A model generated the notes under the pieces. The model saw only the letters and a list, made by a program, of their open reading frames with translations, was not told the origin of the DNA and did no database searches. DNA of 64,000 nucleotides, from positions 2,848,001 to 2,912,000 of the forward strand of contig OZ241875.1 in the NCBI GenBank assembly GCA_965203325.1. The letters are read 5' to 3'. This document shows positions 8,766-18,144 of the stretch, piece by piece. The number at the start of each line of letters is the position of its first letter. Position 1 is the stretch's first letter. This stretch comes from a bacterium. GTDB taxonomy: Bacteria; UBA8248. Both the position numbers and the translations under genes were made by a program.

Positions 8766-9727
8766 GATTTCTGCGCCTCGGGGAGGTCTTCGTCCGCGTC
8801 GATGAAGCGCTTGCCCGTCTTGTTGATGAACACATCCTCGAGCGTGGGCTTGCCCAGCGTAATGGAGCGCACCTTGCCGGGAAACGCCTCTGCGATTTTG
8901 GGTATGGCCGCGTGGGCGTCGCTCATCTCGGCGCGTAGGGAACCGTCCACACTCTTCACCTCACACGCGAACATCTCCTCCAGCTTCGCGCGCAGGGATT
9001 CGGGGTCTCCCGCCTCGATGGTGAGCACCTCGCCGCCCACTTCTTTTTTGAGCGCATCGGGCGCGCCGATGGCGACGAGGTCCCCCTCGTGGATGACGCC
9101 GACGCGATCCGCATGGTCGGCTTCTTCGATGAAGTGCGTGGTGAGCACGACCGTTGTGTTCGTCTCGCTTCTCAGGCGCTTGAGTTCGTTTCTGAAATCG
9201 ATTCTGGCGCCGGGGTCGAGGCCCGTGCTGGGTTCATCGAGAAACAATATCTCGGGCCGGGGCAGGAGCGCCTTGGCGAGCTCCACCCTGCGTTGAAGCC
9301 CGCCCGAGAGGGTTTCGACATAATCCTTTTTCCTGTCGCTGATTCCGAATTGCGCGAGGAGCGCGTCGGCTGCGTTTCGCAGGGTGCTCCCGAGCATCCC
9401 GTGCAGCCTCCCGTGGTGGATCATGTTCTCGAACACGGTTAGCTTGGGGTCCAGGCCGGGCTGCTGAAAGACGACGCCGATTTTCCTGCGCACCGCATGG
9501 GGCGCATCGCGCACCGAATGGCCGAATACCTGCGCGTCGCCCGCGGTCGGGCGCATGAGGGTGGTGATGATGCGGAACAGGGTGGTCTTGCCGCCTCCGT
9601 TCGGGCCCAGGAGCGCGAATATCTCGCCCTCTGAAACCTCGAAGCACACATCCTTGAGCGCGACGCGGCTTCCGTAGCGGTGGGTGACGCCTTGGACGTC
9701 CAGGGCGGGTCCGAGGTCTGAGTTCAA
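8762..9727 (-). CDS. ABC exporter ATP-binding protein (DrrA-like)
   Basis: GPNGGGKTT, LSGG, LDEPSTGLD and C-terminal PTLEDVF. Confidence 0.95.
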   Translation of the reverse strand: MNSDLGPALDVQGVTHRYGSRVALKDVCFEVSEGEIFALLGPNGGGKTTLFRIITTLMRPTAGDAQVFGHSVRDAPHAVRRKIGVVFQQPGLDPKLTVFENMIHHGRLHGMLGSTLRNAADALLAQFGISDRKKDYVETLSGGLQRRVELAKALLPRPEILFLDEPSTGLDPGARIDFRNELKRLRSETNTTVVLTTHFIEEADHADRVGVIHEGDLVAIGAPDALKKEVGGEVLTIEAGDPESLRAKLEEMFACEVKSVDGSLRAEMSDAHAAIPKIAEAFPGKVRSITLGKPTLEDVFINKTGKRFIDADEDLPEAQKS

Positions 9728-9732
9728 TTCAA

Positions 9733-10101
9733 TCAGTCCCCATCATCTTCGGGTGAGAGTTTCCGGTTGAAAAAGTAATCCGCGTTCAGCCAGATGGCGC
9801 GGGAGTAGCGAAACGAGAATAGCGGAATCAGGATGCAAAGCCCACCCCAGACGATGAGTTGCGCCGCGAGACCCGGCGCCAGGAAGATTTCGGTGAGCAG
9901 ATAACCGCCCAGGCAGATGATGACCGTGATGGCGTAGTTGATGTAGATGGCGCCGACGAAATAGCCCTGCTCGCGCTCGATGAGATAGCCGCAGCCCGGG
10001 CACCTCTCGTGCATGCGAAAAGGACCCGTGAAGAGGGGTTCAGGACATCTCGGGCACATCAGGGCGCACCCGCGTCTCAGGGCGCGCAGGAGTTCTTTCA
10101 T
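9733..10101 (-). CDS. DUF983 family protein
   Basis: CPRC...CPGC zinc ribbon, EREQGYFVGAIYINY and two TM helices; start coupled to the upstream stop. Confidence 0.8.
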   Translation of the reverse strand: MKELLRALRRGCALMCPRCPEPLFTGPFRMHERCPGCGYLIEREQGYFVGAIYINYAITVIICLGGYLLTEIFLAPGLAAQLIVWGGLCILIPLFSFRYSRAIWLNADYFFNRKLSPEDDGD

Positions 10102-10523
10102 GCCCTCGGGTAGAGAACGTAGAGGAGCAGGTAGACCATGACGCCCGTCCAGGAAACGTAGAGCCAGATGGGGTAGGTCCAGCGGGCGATGCGGCGGTGG
10201 CGCTCGAAATCCCCCCGCCACGCCCGGTAAAGGGTGATGATCGCCATGGGCGGCACGAGGACGGCCAGGGCCGAATGCGTGATGAGGATGAAGAAATACA
10301 CCTTGCGGATCCAGCCCTCGCCGGTGAAGCCGACCGAGCCTACGTTGAAATGATAGATGAGATAGGAGATGAGGAACAAAGTGGAGACCGCGAACGCGCT
10401 CACCATCAGGCGTTTATGGACTTCCACGTTCTTGGCGTAGATTTGCCGCACCCCCGCCATGAGCAGGACCGCGCTCGTGGTGTTCAACAAGGCGTTCAGG
10501 GTGGGCAGATCTCGAAGCGACAT
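10098..10523 (-). CDS. DUF420 family oxidase assembly protein (CtaM/YozB-like)
   Basis: LPTLNALLN, HKRLM and HRRIARWTYPIWLYVS motifs. Confidence 0.9.
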   Translation of the reverse strand: MSLRDLPTLNALLNTTSAVLLMAGVRQIYAKNVEVHKRLMVSAFAVSTLFLISYLIYHFNVGSVGFTGEGWIRKVYFFILITHSALAVLVPPMAIITLYRAWRGDFERHRRIARWTYPIWLYVSWTGVMVYLLLYVLYPRA

Positions 10524-10569
10524 GAGTTTCGTGTTTTTTTAGGAACGTCTGGCGGCGAGCAGGAACGGC

Positions 10570-10866
10570 CTAGAAATCCGGCAGCACCATCAGCACGACG
10601 AACACGCACAGCACGAGCGGAATCATGGCGATGAAGCCCAGCGTCAGCTTCTCGAACTTCAGGTGCATGAAGTAGAGCCCCACGAGCGCCGCCTTGGCAA
10701 CGGCCATGATGACGAGGAGCGCGCCCTTCAGGAGTTGCGGATAGGCGGGGCTCGCCTCGGGTATGCCGGCCAGAACCTCGAGAATCGTGAGCGCCAGGAG
10801 CCACCAGAAGATGGCCATGTAGTTCACGTGATGGTCGTCGTGTTGCGCGTGGCTTTCACTTGCCAT
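10570..10866 (-). CDS. Cytochrome c oxidase subunit IV family protein
   Basis: KAALVGLYFMHLKFE motif; three TM helices. Confidence 0.9.
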   Translation of the reverse strand: MASESHAQHDDHHVNYMAIFWWLLALTILEVLAGIPEASPAYPQLLKGALLVIMAVAKAALVGLYFMHLKFEKLTLGFIAMIPLVLCVFVVLMVLPDF

Positions 10867-10923
10867 GATGTATGTGCTCTCCCTCGAACGAACCGGGCGC
10901 GCCGGGGGGCGCGCCCGAGATGG

Positions 10924-11547
10924 TTACAACAGATAGATGAACGTGAACACGAGGATCCAGACGAGGTCCACGAAGTGCCAGTAGAGGCCCGCGATTTCCA
11001 CCTCGTTCCAGTTCGTTGCCGAATAGACGCCCTTTTTGCCGCGAATCGCGATGACGGCCAGATAGATGACGCCGCCGGTCACGTGCATGCCGTGGAAGCC
11101 CGTGATGATATAGAAGGTGGTGCCGAAGAGGCTGTCGCCCCACTTGTTGGCGGCGAGGCCCAGTCCCACGTTGATCAGGTGGGTCCACTCATAGGCCTGC
11201 AATGCCAGGAAGATAAGGCCGCCGCCTACGGTGAGCCACATGTACTTGACCAGTCCGTCCTGGTCGCCTCTCTTGATGGCGTCCAGGCCCTTCACCATCG
11301 TCACGCTGCTGCATATGAGCAGGAACGTCATGAACGCGGTGAGCGAGATACCCAGCACCTCGGTGGGGTTCGGCCAGTTCGCGCTGTTGCCCCGCATGAT
11401 GGCGTAACCCGCCAGCAAGGTTCCGAACGACATGGCGTCGCCCGCCAGAAATACCCACATCCCCAGCTTGCCCCAGCTTTCTGGGGTAAGCGGCGTTTCC
11501 GCTGGTTCCACTCCGTGGGCGTGATCCACGGCGGCGGCTTCACTCAC
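10924..11547 (-). CDS. ctaE: Heme-copper oxidase subunit III (second copy)
   Basis: KLGMWVFL, TGFHGMHV and GLYWHFVDLVW. Confidence 0.92.
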   Translation of the reverse strand: MSEAAAVDHAHGVEPAETPLTPESWGKLGMWVFLAGDAMSFGTLLAGYAIMRGNSANWPNPTEVLGISLTAFMTFLLICSSVTMVKGLDAIKRGDQDGLVKYMWLTVGGGLIFLALQAYEWTHLINVGLGLAANKWGDSLFGTTFYIITGFHGMHVTGGVIYLAVIAIRGKKGVYSATNWNEVEIAGLYWHFVDLVWILVFTFIYLL

Positions 11548-11562
11548 TTCGCCTTCTCCTTC

Positions 11563-11799
11563 TCAATCAGTAAAAATGCCTTTGTTCACCGGCCCTTTTT
11601 TCGCGCGCCGGGAATTGTATACGAAATAACCGCCCGTCACCGTGGCGATCACGAACGGCATGCTGATCAGAAAACCCATGCTCCAGAGAAAACCGGGCTC
11701 GCTGTCCACCCCGCACACCGCGCAGGCGAAGGCGTAGTCCTGGACAGACAGGACGAGGCCCAAAGCTGTGGCGATGAGAACGGCAACGACTGGTTTCAC
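11563..11799 (-). CDS. Small exported/membrane CxxC protein (78 aa) in the cox cluster
   Basis: GTG start with AGGAG RBS; signal-like helix, AFACAVC, then a TM helix. Visible in the ORF track only as the tail of a longer ORF. Confidence 0.75.
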   Translation of the reverse strand: MKPVVAVLIATALGLVLSVQDYAFACAVCGVDSEPGFLWSMGFLISMPFVIATVTGGYFVYNSRRAKKGPVNKGIFTD

Positions 11800-11870
11800 C
11801 TGAATCTCCTTGGAGCGAGTATGCCACCCGCTTCGCGAAAGTGTCAACGTTTCAAGCCTTTCCTGCGTCA

Positions 11871-12569
11871 TCAGAGCAGGTAGACCAGATAGAACAGAAT
11901 CGGCCAAAGCCCCACTACGAGATGCCAGTACATCGCGCATGCGACTACCCCGTTGGGATTGCGGGCGGAGTATTTTCCCATATGCGCGCGAACGAGAACA
12001 GCGACCAGCCAGACGACCGCGCTCAACACGTGAAACCCGTGCGTTCCGATGATGGAGTAGAAGAGCGAGCCGTACACGTTCGCCGAAGCGGTGAGCCCGA
12101 AGCTGACCAGCCGCACCCATTCATATCCCTGGATGGCGAGGAAGACGACGCCCAGAACGCCGGTGACCGTGAGCAGGCGCGGCAGGACCTTCGCGTCGCC
12201 TCTTTTGAGCGCAAGCTGCGCGCGGACCATCGTGTAGCTGCTCAGCAGCAGGAGGGCCGTGTTGACGGCGGTCACTTCCACCGGCAGGCGTGGCTGAAAG
12301 GGCGGCGGCCAGGGTTTCCCGCTGAAGCGGAAGACCAGGAAGGCCCCAATCAGGCCCGAGAAGAACATGATTTCGGCCGCGATCAGGACCAGCATGGCGA
12401 GTTGGGTGTTTCCGATCAAAGGTTTTCCGGAGGGTGAAGATTCCCGGGAATCGTCTCCGTTTCCCGCTCCCCCGTTGTCATCGGGTGGTTCGGGCGGAGG
12501 CGGAGGTGGCGGCGCGCCTTCCCATCGCTCCAGTTTTTCTTTCGGCGGCGCTTCGAGTACCGGATTCAA
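11871..12569 (-). CDS. ctaE: Heme-copper oxidase subunit III (first copy)
   Basis: AEIMFFSGL, NTALLLLSS, GTHGFHV and YWHLVVGLW. Confidence 0.92.
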   Translation of the reverse strand: MNPVLEAPPKEKLERWEGAPPPPPPPEPPDDNGGAGNGDDSRESSPSGKPLIGNTQLAMLVLIAAEIMFFSGLIGAFLVFRFSGKPWPPPFQPRLPVEVTAVNTALLLLSSYTMVRAQLALKRGDAKVLPRLLTVTGVLGVVFLAIQGYEWVRLVSFGLTASANVYGSLFYSIIGTHGFHVLSAVVWLVAVLVRAHMGKYSARNPNGVVACAMYWHLVVGLWPILFYLVYLL

Positions 12570-12584
12570 CGAATCTCCTCCCGC

Positions 12585-12707
12585 CTAGTTCTTGATGATG
12601 GCTACTGTCCACGCGAAGGCGGCCAGGCACACGATGAAGAGAAACAGCAAAACCCCGGTAAGTCGGATTTTGTTCTTCTTATGTGTCTTGTCCATCGTTT
12701 CGTTCAT
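12585..12707 (-). CDS. Small single-TM protein (40 aa) between ctaB and subunit III
   Basis: ATGA overlap with the ctaB stop; MNETMDKTHKKNKIRLTGVLLFLFIVCLAAFAWTVAIIKN. Confidence 0.65.
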   Translation of the reverse strand: MNETMDKTHKKNKIRLTGVLLFLFIVCLAAFAWTVAIIKN

Positions 12708-13594
12708 CCGAAAATCATGGCCAGCAAGAGAGCCGGCAGATACACCAGCGAGTAGTAGAACAGACGCCTCGCGGATGCGGGGCCTTTTTCTCTGGCCATG
12801 TGAACGCCATACCCCAGGTAGATGAACCCCAGGATAGTAGAGAGAGCGAAATAAAGGGGACCCGCCATGCCGATGAGTGCCGGGGCCATGCCGGCGGGAA
12901 TGAGCGCCAGGCAATAGGAGACGACCTGTCTGCCCGTGCTCGCGCCGCCGGGGTCCTCGACGGGCAGAAGCTTGATGTCGGCTCTCGCGAAATCCTCGCG
13001 GTACATCACGGCGATCGCCAGCGCGTGGGGAATCTGCCAGAGGAACATGATGCAGAACACCACGAACGCCTCGATCGAGAGCGCGCCCGTAGCCGCCGCC
13101 CAGCCGATGACCGGCGGCATGGCGCCCGGAATCGCGCCCACCACGCTGTTCAGCGAGGTCGTGCGCTTGAGCGGTGTATACAGGAACAGGTAAAGCCCAC
13201 CGGTGGCCGCGATGAGAAGCGCCGTAAACGGGTTCACGAAAACGGCGAGATAGGCCACGCCCGAAAGCATGACGGCGGAGCCGAACAGGAGCGCATCGAA
13301 CTTCAGAAGACGGCCATCGGGCAGCGGGCGTTTTTGCGTGCGGATCATCCGCGCGTCCAGGTCTTCTTCGGATGCCTGGTTGAGCGCCAGCGCGCCGCCC
13401 GTCGCAAGGGCCGAGCCGATGAGCGTGTGCATGAGCAGGAAAATATCGAGGCCAGCGCCCGAGGCGAGGTAGAAGCCCGCCGCGGTGACGACGAGCACCA
13501 TCGGCAGAATGCGCGGTTTCGTGAGTTCCAGGTAATCCACCGCTCTTCGCTTGGCGGCGTCGATGTTCATCGCATCCGTGCGAAGATTCGTCAT
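12704..13594 (-). CDS. ctaB: Protoheme IX farnesyltransferase (heme O synthase)
   Basis: ELTKPRI, DARMIRTQKRPLP, YTPLKR, GAIPGAMPP and FLWQIPH. Confidence 0.96.
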   Translation of the reverse strand: MTNLRTDAMNIDAAKRRAVDYLELTKPRILPMVLVVTAAGFYLASGAGLDIFLLMHTLIGSALATGGALALNQASEEDLDARMIRTQKRPLPDGRLLKFDALLFGSAVMLSGVAYLAVFVNPFTALLIAATGGLYLFLYTPLKRTTSLNSVVGAIPGAMPPVIGWAAATGALSIEAFVVFCIMFLWQIPHALAIAVMYREDFARADIKLLPVEDPGGASTGRQVVSYCLALIPAGMAPALIGMAGPLYFALSTILGFIYLGYGVHMAREKGPASARRLFYYSLVYLPALLLAMIFG

Positions 13595-14535
13595 GCGCGC
13601 GCGCCTCCCGCCGCAACGGGCGTTTCGGTGGCCTTTAAGGCGAAGGGGCCGCCTTTATTGAGACGAAGGGCCACGACGAGTGAGGCCGCGAAGAGCATCG
13701 CGCCCACCAAGACGTGGGTGGAGGTGACAGCGATGATGAGTCCGGGAGTGAAGGCCTCGCCCATGGCGGCGTATTTGCCGATCCACGAAGCAAATCCGAG
13801 CGCAAGCTGGACGAGCAGCAAGACCCACAGGAAGTTCGCCTCTTTGGCGAGCGCGCCCGGATTCGGTAGCTTCAGTATCTTGTAAGAGAGCAGGATGACG
13901 TGGATGGTGCTCAACGCCGCGAAGAGCAGATGGGCGTCGAGCCTGTTCCCGGTGTGGCGCAGCACCGCGCCGAAGATGATCTGGACGTAGAGCAGAAAGA
14001 CCGTGATGAGACTCAGCCTGGCCAGCCGTCTGTCGTCAACGGTGTCTGCCTCCTCATGCCAGCCTCGTGAGGTAAACAGCGCCAAACTCACCATGAGGCC
14101 GAAGAAAACCTGCGCGACGCAGGCATGGACGATGGCCAGATTGAGCTTGATGAGCACAACCCGCATGCCGCCGAGCACGCCCTGTAAAATCACCAGACCG
14201 ACCGCGAACGCACCCAGCCGGCGCATCCATTTCCGCTCATCGGTTTTCCAGATGGCGGCGGCCGTCAGGATGGTGAGGATCCCCACCAGCGAGCCGAGCA
14301 GGCGGTGGGAGTGTTCGATGAAGACGCCGCCCACCATCTTCGACCAGGGAAATAAGAACATGTTGTAGCCGAACGTGGTGGGCCAGTCGGGAACGGCGAG
14401 ACCCGAACCCGTGCTCGTCACCAGACCGCCGGCGAGGATGAGTACGACGGTGAAGACGCAGGTCAGCAGGGCGAAACGATGGGGCCAGCCTCCCCCTTTC
14501 ACGGCGGGAAGGCCGGCACGGCGGTCAGATGCCAT
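13591..14535 (-). CDS. ctaA: Heme A synthase (COX15/CtaA)
   Basis: GSGLAVPDWP, EHSHRLLG, QGVLGG and conserved His residues. Confidence 0.93.
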   Translation of the reverse strand: MASDRRAGLPAVKGGGWPHRFALLTCVFTVVLILAGGLVTSTGSGLAVPDWPTTFGYNMFLFPWSKMVGGVFIEHSHRLLGSLVGILTILTAAAIWKTDERKWMRRLGAFAVGLVILQGVLGGMRVVLIKLNLAIVHACVAQVFFGLMVSLALFTSRGWHEEADTVDDRRLARLSLITVFLLYVQIIFGAVLRHTGNRLDAHLLFAALSTIHVILLSYKILKLPNPGALAKEANFLWVLLLVQLALGFASWIGKYAAMGEAFTPGLIIAVTSTHVLVGAMLFAASLVVALRLNKGGPFALKATETPVAAGGARA

Positions 14536-14571
14536 GCGCGTTCTCTCCCGGGGTAGTTTGCGTCGGCGGCG

Positions 14572-16545
14572 CTAGTGGCCGGCTTCGGCGTACTTGGGAT
14601 CGATGGCTTCGGTCTGCGGCGCCCAGTCCGCTTCCTCGCCGGGGACGCTGTACTCATAGGGTCCGCGCTGGACCACCGGCAGCGTGGGGCCGAAGTTCCC
14701 GTGCGGCGCCGGCGTAGGCGCCACCCACTCGAGCGTGTTGGCGTCCCAGGGATTCTGGGGCGCGTCGGCTCCCAGCGGAGCCATGTTCTTCTCGAGATAG
14801 CGGTAGATCCAGGCCGCGAGCGCGATGGCGACAATCGTGCCCACGATGCGCCCGCCCATCGAGAGTTCGGGCTCCATCATGCCCTCGAACAACACCGCCA
14901 CGCTCTTGTAGCCGATGAAGCCGACCACGATGGCCGAGACCGCCTGGGTGAGCACGCGGAACCACTTCGCGTTCCAGCGGAAGACGGTGGCGAAGAAGTT
15001 GAATACGAAGGGAATCTGCGAGAGTCCCAGCGCCAGTGCGGAGAGGGTGATCATCACGTTGATCGGCTGCATCCCCTGCAGGAATTCATACTGCATGGGG
15101 TTGTAGATGCGCCGCATGTGGCCGCCCACGCCCAGGATGTGCATCGGGAAGAACACCATGTTGAAGAAGATGAACGTGAGCCAGAAGTGCACCTTGCCCA
15201 GCGCCTCGTCCATGGCCCTTCCGAACATTTTCGGGAACCAGTGCTGTATGCCGCCGAAGAGCGCAAAGACGCTGCCGCCGAAGATGACGTAGTGGAAATG
15301 CGCCACGATGAAGTAGGTGTCGTGGATATAGATGTCCACCACGTTCGACGCCATGAAGATGCCGCTCAGCCCGCCGATGACGAACAGGATGACGAACGCC
15401 AGGGCGTGGAGCATCGGCACGGTGAAGCGGATCGAGCCCCCCCACAGGGTGCCCAGCCAGTTGAAGGTCTTGATGGCCGATGGTATCGCGATGACGAGCG
15501 TCGTCATCATGAAGGCCGAACCAAGTGCCGGGTTCATGCCGGACTGGAACATGTGGTGGCCCCAGACGATCCAGGACAGGAAGGCGATGGCGAGCATGGC
15601 GTATACCATGGCCCGGTAGCCGAAAATCGGCTTTCTGCAGTAAACCGGCAACAACTCCGAAGCGATGCCCATGCCCGGAAGGATGAGAATGTAGACCTCC
15701 GGGTGGCCGAAGTACCAGAACAGGTGCTGCCACAGGAGGGGTTCACCCCCCTTCGCGGGATTGAAGAAGTTGGTCTCGAACACGCGGTCGAATATCATCA
15801 TCGCGCCGGCGGAACCTAAGATAGGCAGGGCCAGCAGACCCAGAATGGCGGTGACGAAGAGCGACCACACGACGAGCGGCACGCGGAACCAGGTCATGCC
15901 CTCGGTACGCATGTTGATGAGCGTCGTGATGTAGTTGATCGAGCCCATGAGCGAGGAGAAACTGAGCACGAACAGACTTAGCGCCCATAACGTCTGCCCC
16001 ATGAAGACGCCGGTGTATTCAGGCACGGTGGATAACGGCGCGTAGCCGGTCCAGCCGGAAGCGGCGTGTCCTCCCTCGACGAAAAATCCGGCGGTCATGA
16101 TGACGGCGCCCAGAACGGCGACCCAGAACGAGAGCATGTTGAGCAGCGGGAACGCCATGTCGCGCGCCCCGATCATCAGCGGGATGAGGAAGTTGCCGAA
16201 ACAGCCCACCAGAATCGGCATCACGACGAGGAACACCATGATCGTCGCGTGCATGGTGACCGCCATGTTGTAGAAGTTCGGCGTGACGTAGCCCTCGGGC
16301 ATGCCCTCGCTCTCGTCCGATATCCACTCGAAGCCCCAGACCTGGGTCTCCGGCCAGGCGAGCTGCCAGCGGAAGATCAGGGCGAGAATTCCGCCGACGA
16401 CCATCATGATGAGGCCGAGCCAGAGGAACTGCCTGGCGATCATCTTGTGGTCCAGCGAGAAGACGTATGTGCTCCAGAACCCACCCTCGTGGTGGTCGTG
16501 AGCGCCGTGTGCGTCTGCCGTGGTTTCGCTCATGGTTTCCTGCAT
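14572..16545 (-). CDS. ctaD: Cytochrome c oxidase subunit I, A1-type
   Basis: FWYFGHPEVY, WGHHMF, HDTYFIVAHFHY and DMAFPLLN motifs. Confidence 0.97.
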   Translation of the reverse strand: MQETMSETTADAHGAHDHHEGGFWSTYVFSLDHKMIARQFLWLGLIMMVVGGILALIFRWQLAWPETQVWGFEWISDESEGMPEGYVTPNFYNMAVTMHATIMVFLVVMPILVGCFGNFLIPLMIGARDMAFPLLNMLSFWVAVLGAVIMTAGFFVEGGHAASGWTGYAPLSTVPEYTGVFMGQTLWALSLFVLSFSSLMGSINYITTLINMRTEGMTWFRVPLVVWSLFVTAILGLLALPILGSAGAMMIFDRVFETNFFNPAKGGEPLLWQHLFWYFGHPEVYILILPGMGIASELLPVYCRKPIFGYRAMVYAMLAIAFLSWIVWGHHMFQSGMNPALGSAFMMTTLVIAIPSAIKTFNWLGTLWGGSIRFTVPMLHALAFVILFVIGGLSGIFMASNVVDIYIHDTYFIVAHFHYVIFGGSVFALFGGIQHWFPKMFGRAMDEALGKVHFWLTFIFFNMVFFPMHILGVGGHMRRIYNPMQYEFLQGMQPINVMITLSALALGLSQIPFVFNFFATVFRWNAKWFRVLTQAVSAIVVGFIGYKSVAVLFEGMMEPELSMGGRIVGTIVAIALAAWIYRYLEKNMAPLGADAPQNPWDANTLEWVAPTPAPHGNFGPTLPVVQRGPYEYSVPGEEADWAPQTEAIDPKYAEAGH

Positions 16546-16635
16546 CCCTCGTAAGTTTGGTTTATCGGAGGAAAACTCCCGCCGATACGTTCAAAATATG
16601 AAAGAGGGTGCGCGCACCCTCGTGAATACGGTCGT

Positions 16636-17328
16636 TTACTTGTCCTTCTCCTCCCAGGCCTTCTTTCGCCACTTCGCGTAGTCCGCCTCGGAGTGGACGA
16701 TGAGTTCCCCGTTCATGCCCGAATGCCCGAAGCCGCAAAGCTCCGCGCAGGGAATCTCGTATTTGCCCACCTTGGTCGGCGTGAACCACAGCGGAATCGT
16801 GCGGCCGGGCACCACGTCCTGTTTCATGCGGGTCTGGGGAATGAAGAAGCTGTGGATGACGTCCGCGCCCTTGAGCGAGATGAACACCTGCTTATTGACG
16901 GGGACGTTCAACTGATTGTCGAGCACGAGGTCGTCCTTGGTGCCGAACTTCCTGTCGTCTCCGGGATAGCGGACGATCCAGTTGAACTGTTTGCCGGTCA
17001 CCTCCACGCGAACGTGGGGGTTCTGGGGGATCGCCAGCTTGAGCTTCGCCCATGAGGTTTGCGTCATTAGGACGAAGACGAGCAGGATGAAGGTGGGGAT
17101 CACCGTCCAGAGGATCTCCAGCGTGTTGTTGCCGTGCGTGTATTTCGCCTTCACGCCCGGCTTGGCGCGGTATTTGATGATGAAATACGCCATGACGACG
17201 GCGACGGCGATGAAGACGACCACTGTCAGGTAATAGGAGATATAGAAGAGAAAATCGATTTCCTCTCCTTCGATGGAGATGTTCTCCGGGAGCCAACTCA
17301 TCATGATGAAGCGTATCCTCCGGGCCAT
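16636..17328 (-). CDS. ctaC: Cytochrome c oxidase subunit II
   Basis: LEILWTVIP, DVIHSF and CuA motif CAELCGFGHSGM. Confidence 0.97.
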   Translation of the reverse strand: MARRIRFIMMSWLPENISIEGEEIDFLFYISYYLTVVVFIAVAVVMAYFIIKYRAKPGVKAKYTHGNNTLEILWTVIPTFILLVFVLMTQTSWAKLKLAIPQNPHVRVEVTGKQFNWIVRYPGDDRKFGTKDDLVLDNQLNVPVNKQVFISLKGADVIHSFFIPQTRMKQDVVPGRTIPLWFTPTKVGKYEIPCAELCGFGHSGMNGELIVHSEADYAKWRKKAWEEKDK

Positions 17329-17487
17329 GCAGCGTGAAGGCGGAGCGGAAGCGCTCCCCCGATAACCGCGAAAATTATATGGTTTTCTTATAACCGCAGA
17401 GGGAGTCTAAAGGATAAGCGAGAGAGTTTTCAAGCGCGCGCAGGAAAATAATTTGCATTAAAGGCGGGGGTAGTTTCCCCGTTTTGT

Positions 17488-17517
17488 TTGCAAGATGCGC
17501 GTCTTGCGGGCTATAAA
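17488..17517 (+). promoter_or_regulatory. Sigma-70-like promoter of tRNA-Arg
   Basis: TTGCAA-N18-TATAAA ending 8 nt before the tRNA 5' end. Confidence 0.55.
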
Positions 17518-17525
17518 GAAAGAGC

Positions 17526-17602
<77 letters not shown>

Positions 17603-17613
17603 CCGGACACGAG

Positions 17614-17641
17614 AGCCGGGGCCTTGCGGCCCCGGCCTTTT
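17614..17641 (+). terminator. Intrinsic terminator after the tRNA
   Basis: gccggggcc-ttgc-ggcccggc hairpin followed by a short T run. Confidence 0.65.
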
Positions 17642-18144
17642 GCTTCGGATTACTCCTTTGGTTCCCAATGCTCCCAAAAATCTCTTATTGCAGAATGTCT
17701 CTACAATATCTCTGTATTCTTCATCGCCCCGGCGTGCGCCCTACGCTGGTCTCTGGCCTCGCCCCCTTCGCCAGTGAAGGATTTTCACCAAATCCGCCTG
17801 AGAACCAAAGGCCGCTCCCCGGGAAATCCTCCACCGGCCACCCCCTCGCGAGAGGATTGTTTTTACTGGAAATAACGCTATATGGAGGATTCCGGGGTAA
17901 TGCCCCGTTTTTTTATGTTTTGCATTTTGTTACGGAAGGGTTACAATACGGGATATATGCAAGAACGTATTTATATATGCGCCAATAAAAATTTCGCCCT
18001 GTGGATGTTCGGTGTTTTCATCAAGTAGGGAGGAATCTTTATCGGAGGATGCTCAATGTTTGCGGCGCGGGATGTGACTCCTGACTCCCGCGTTCAGGAT
18101 GTGCGGCATATTGGGTTGTTTCCTATCAATAAGGAGGCGCTTGT

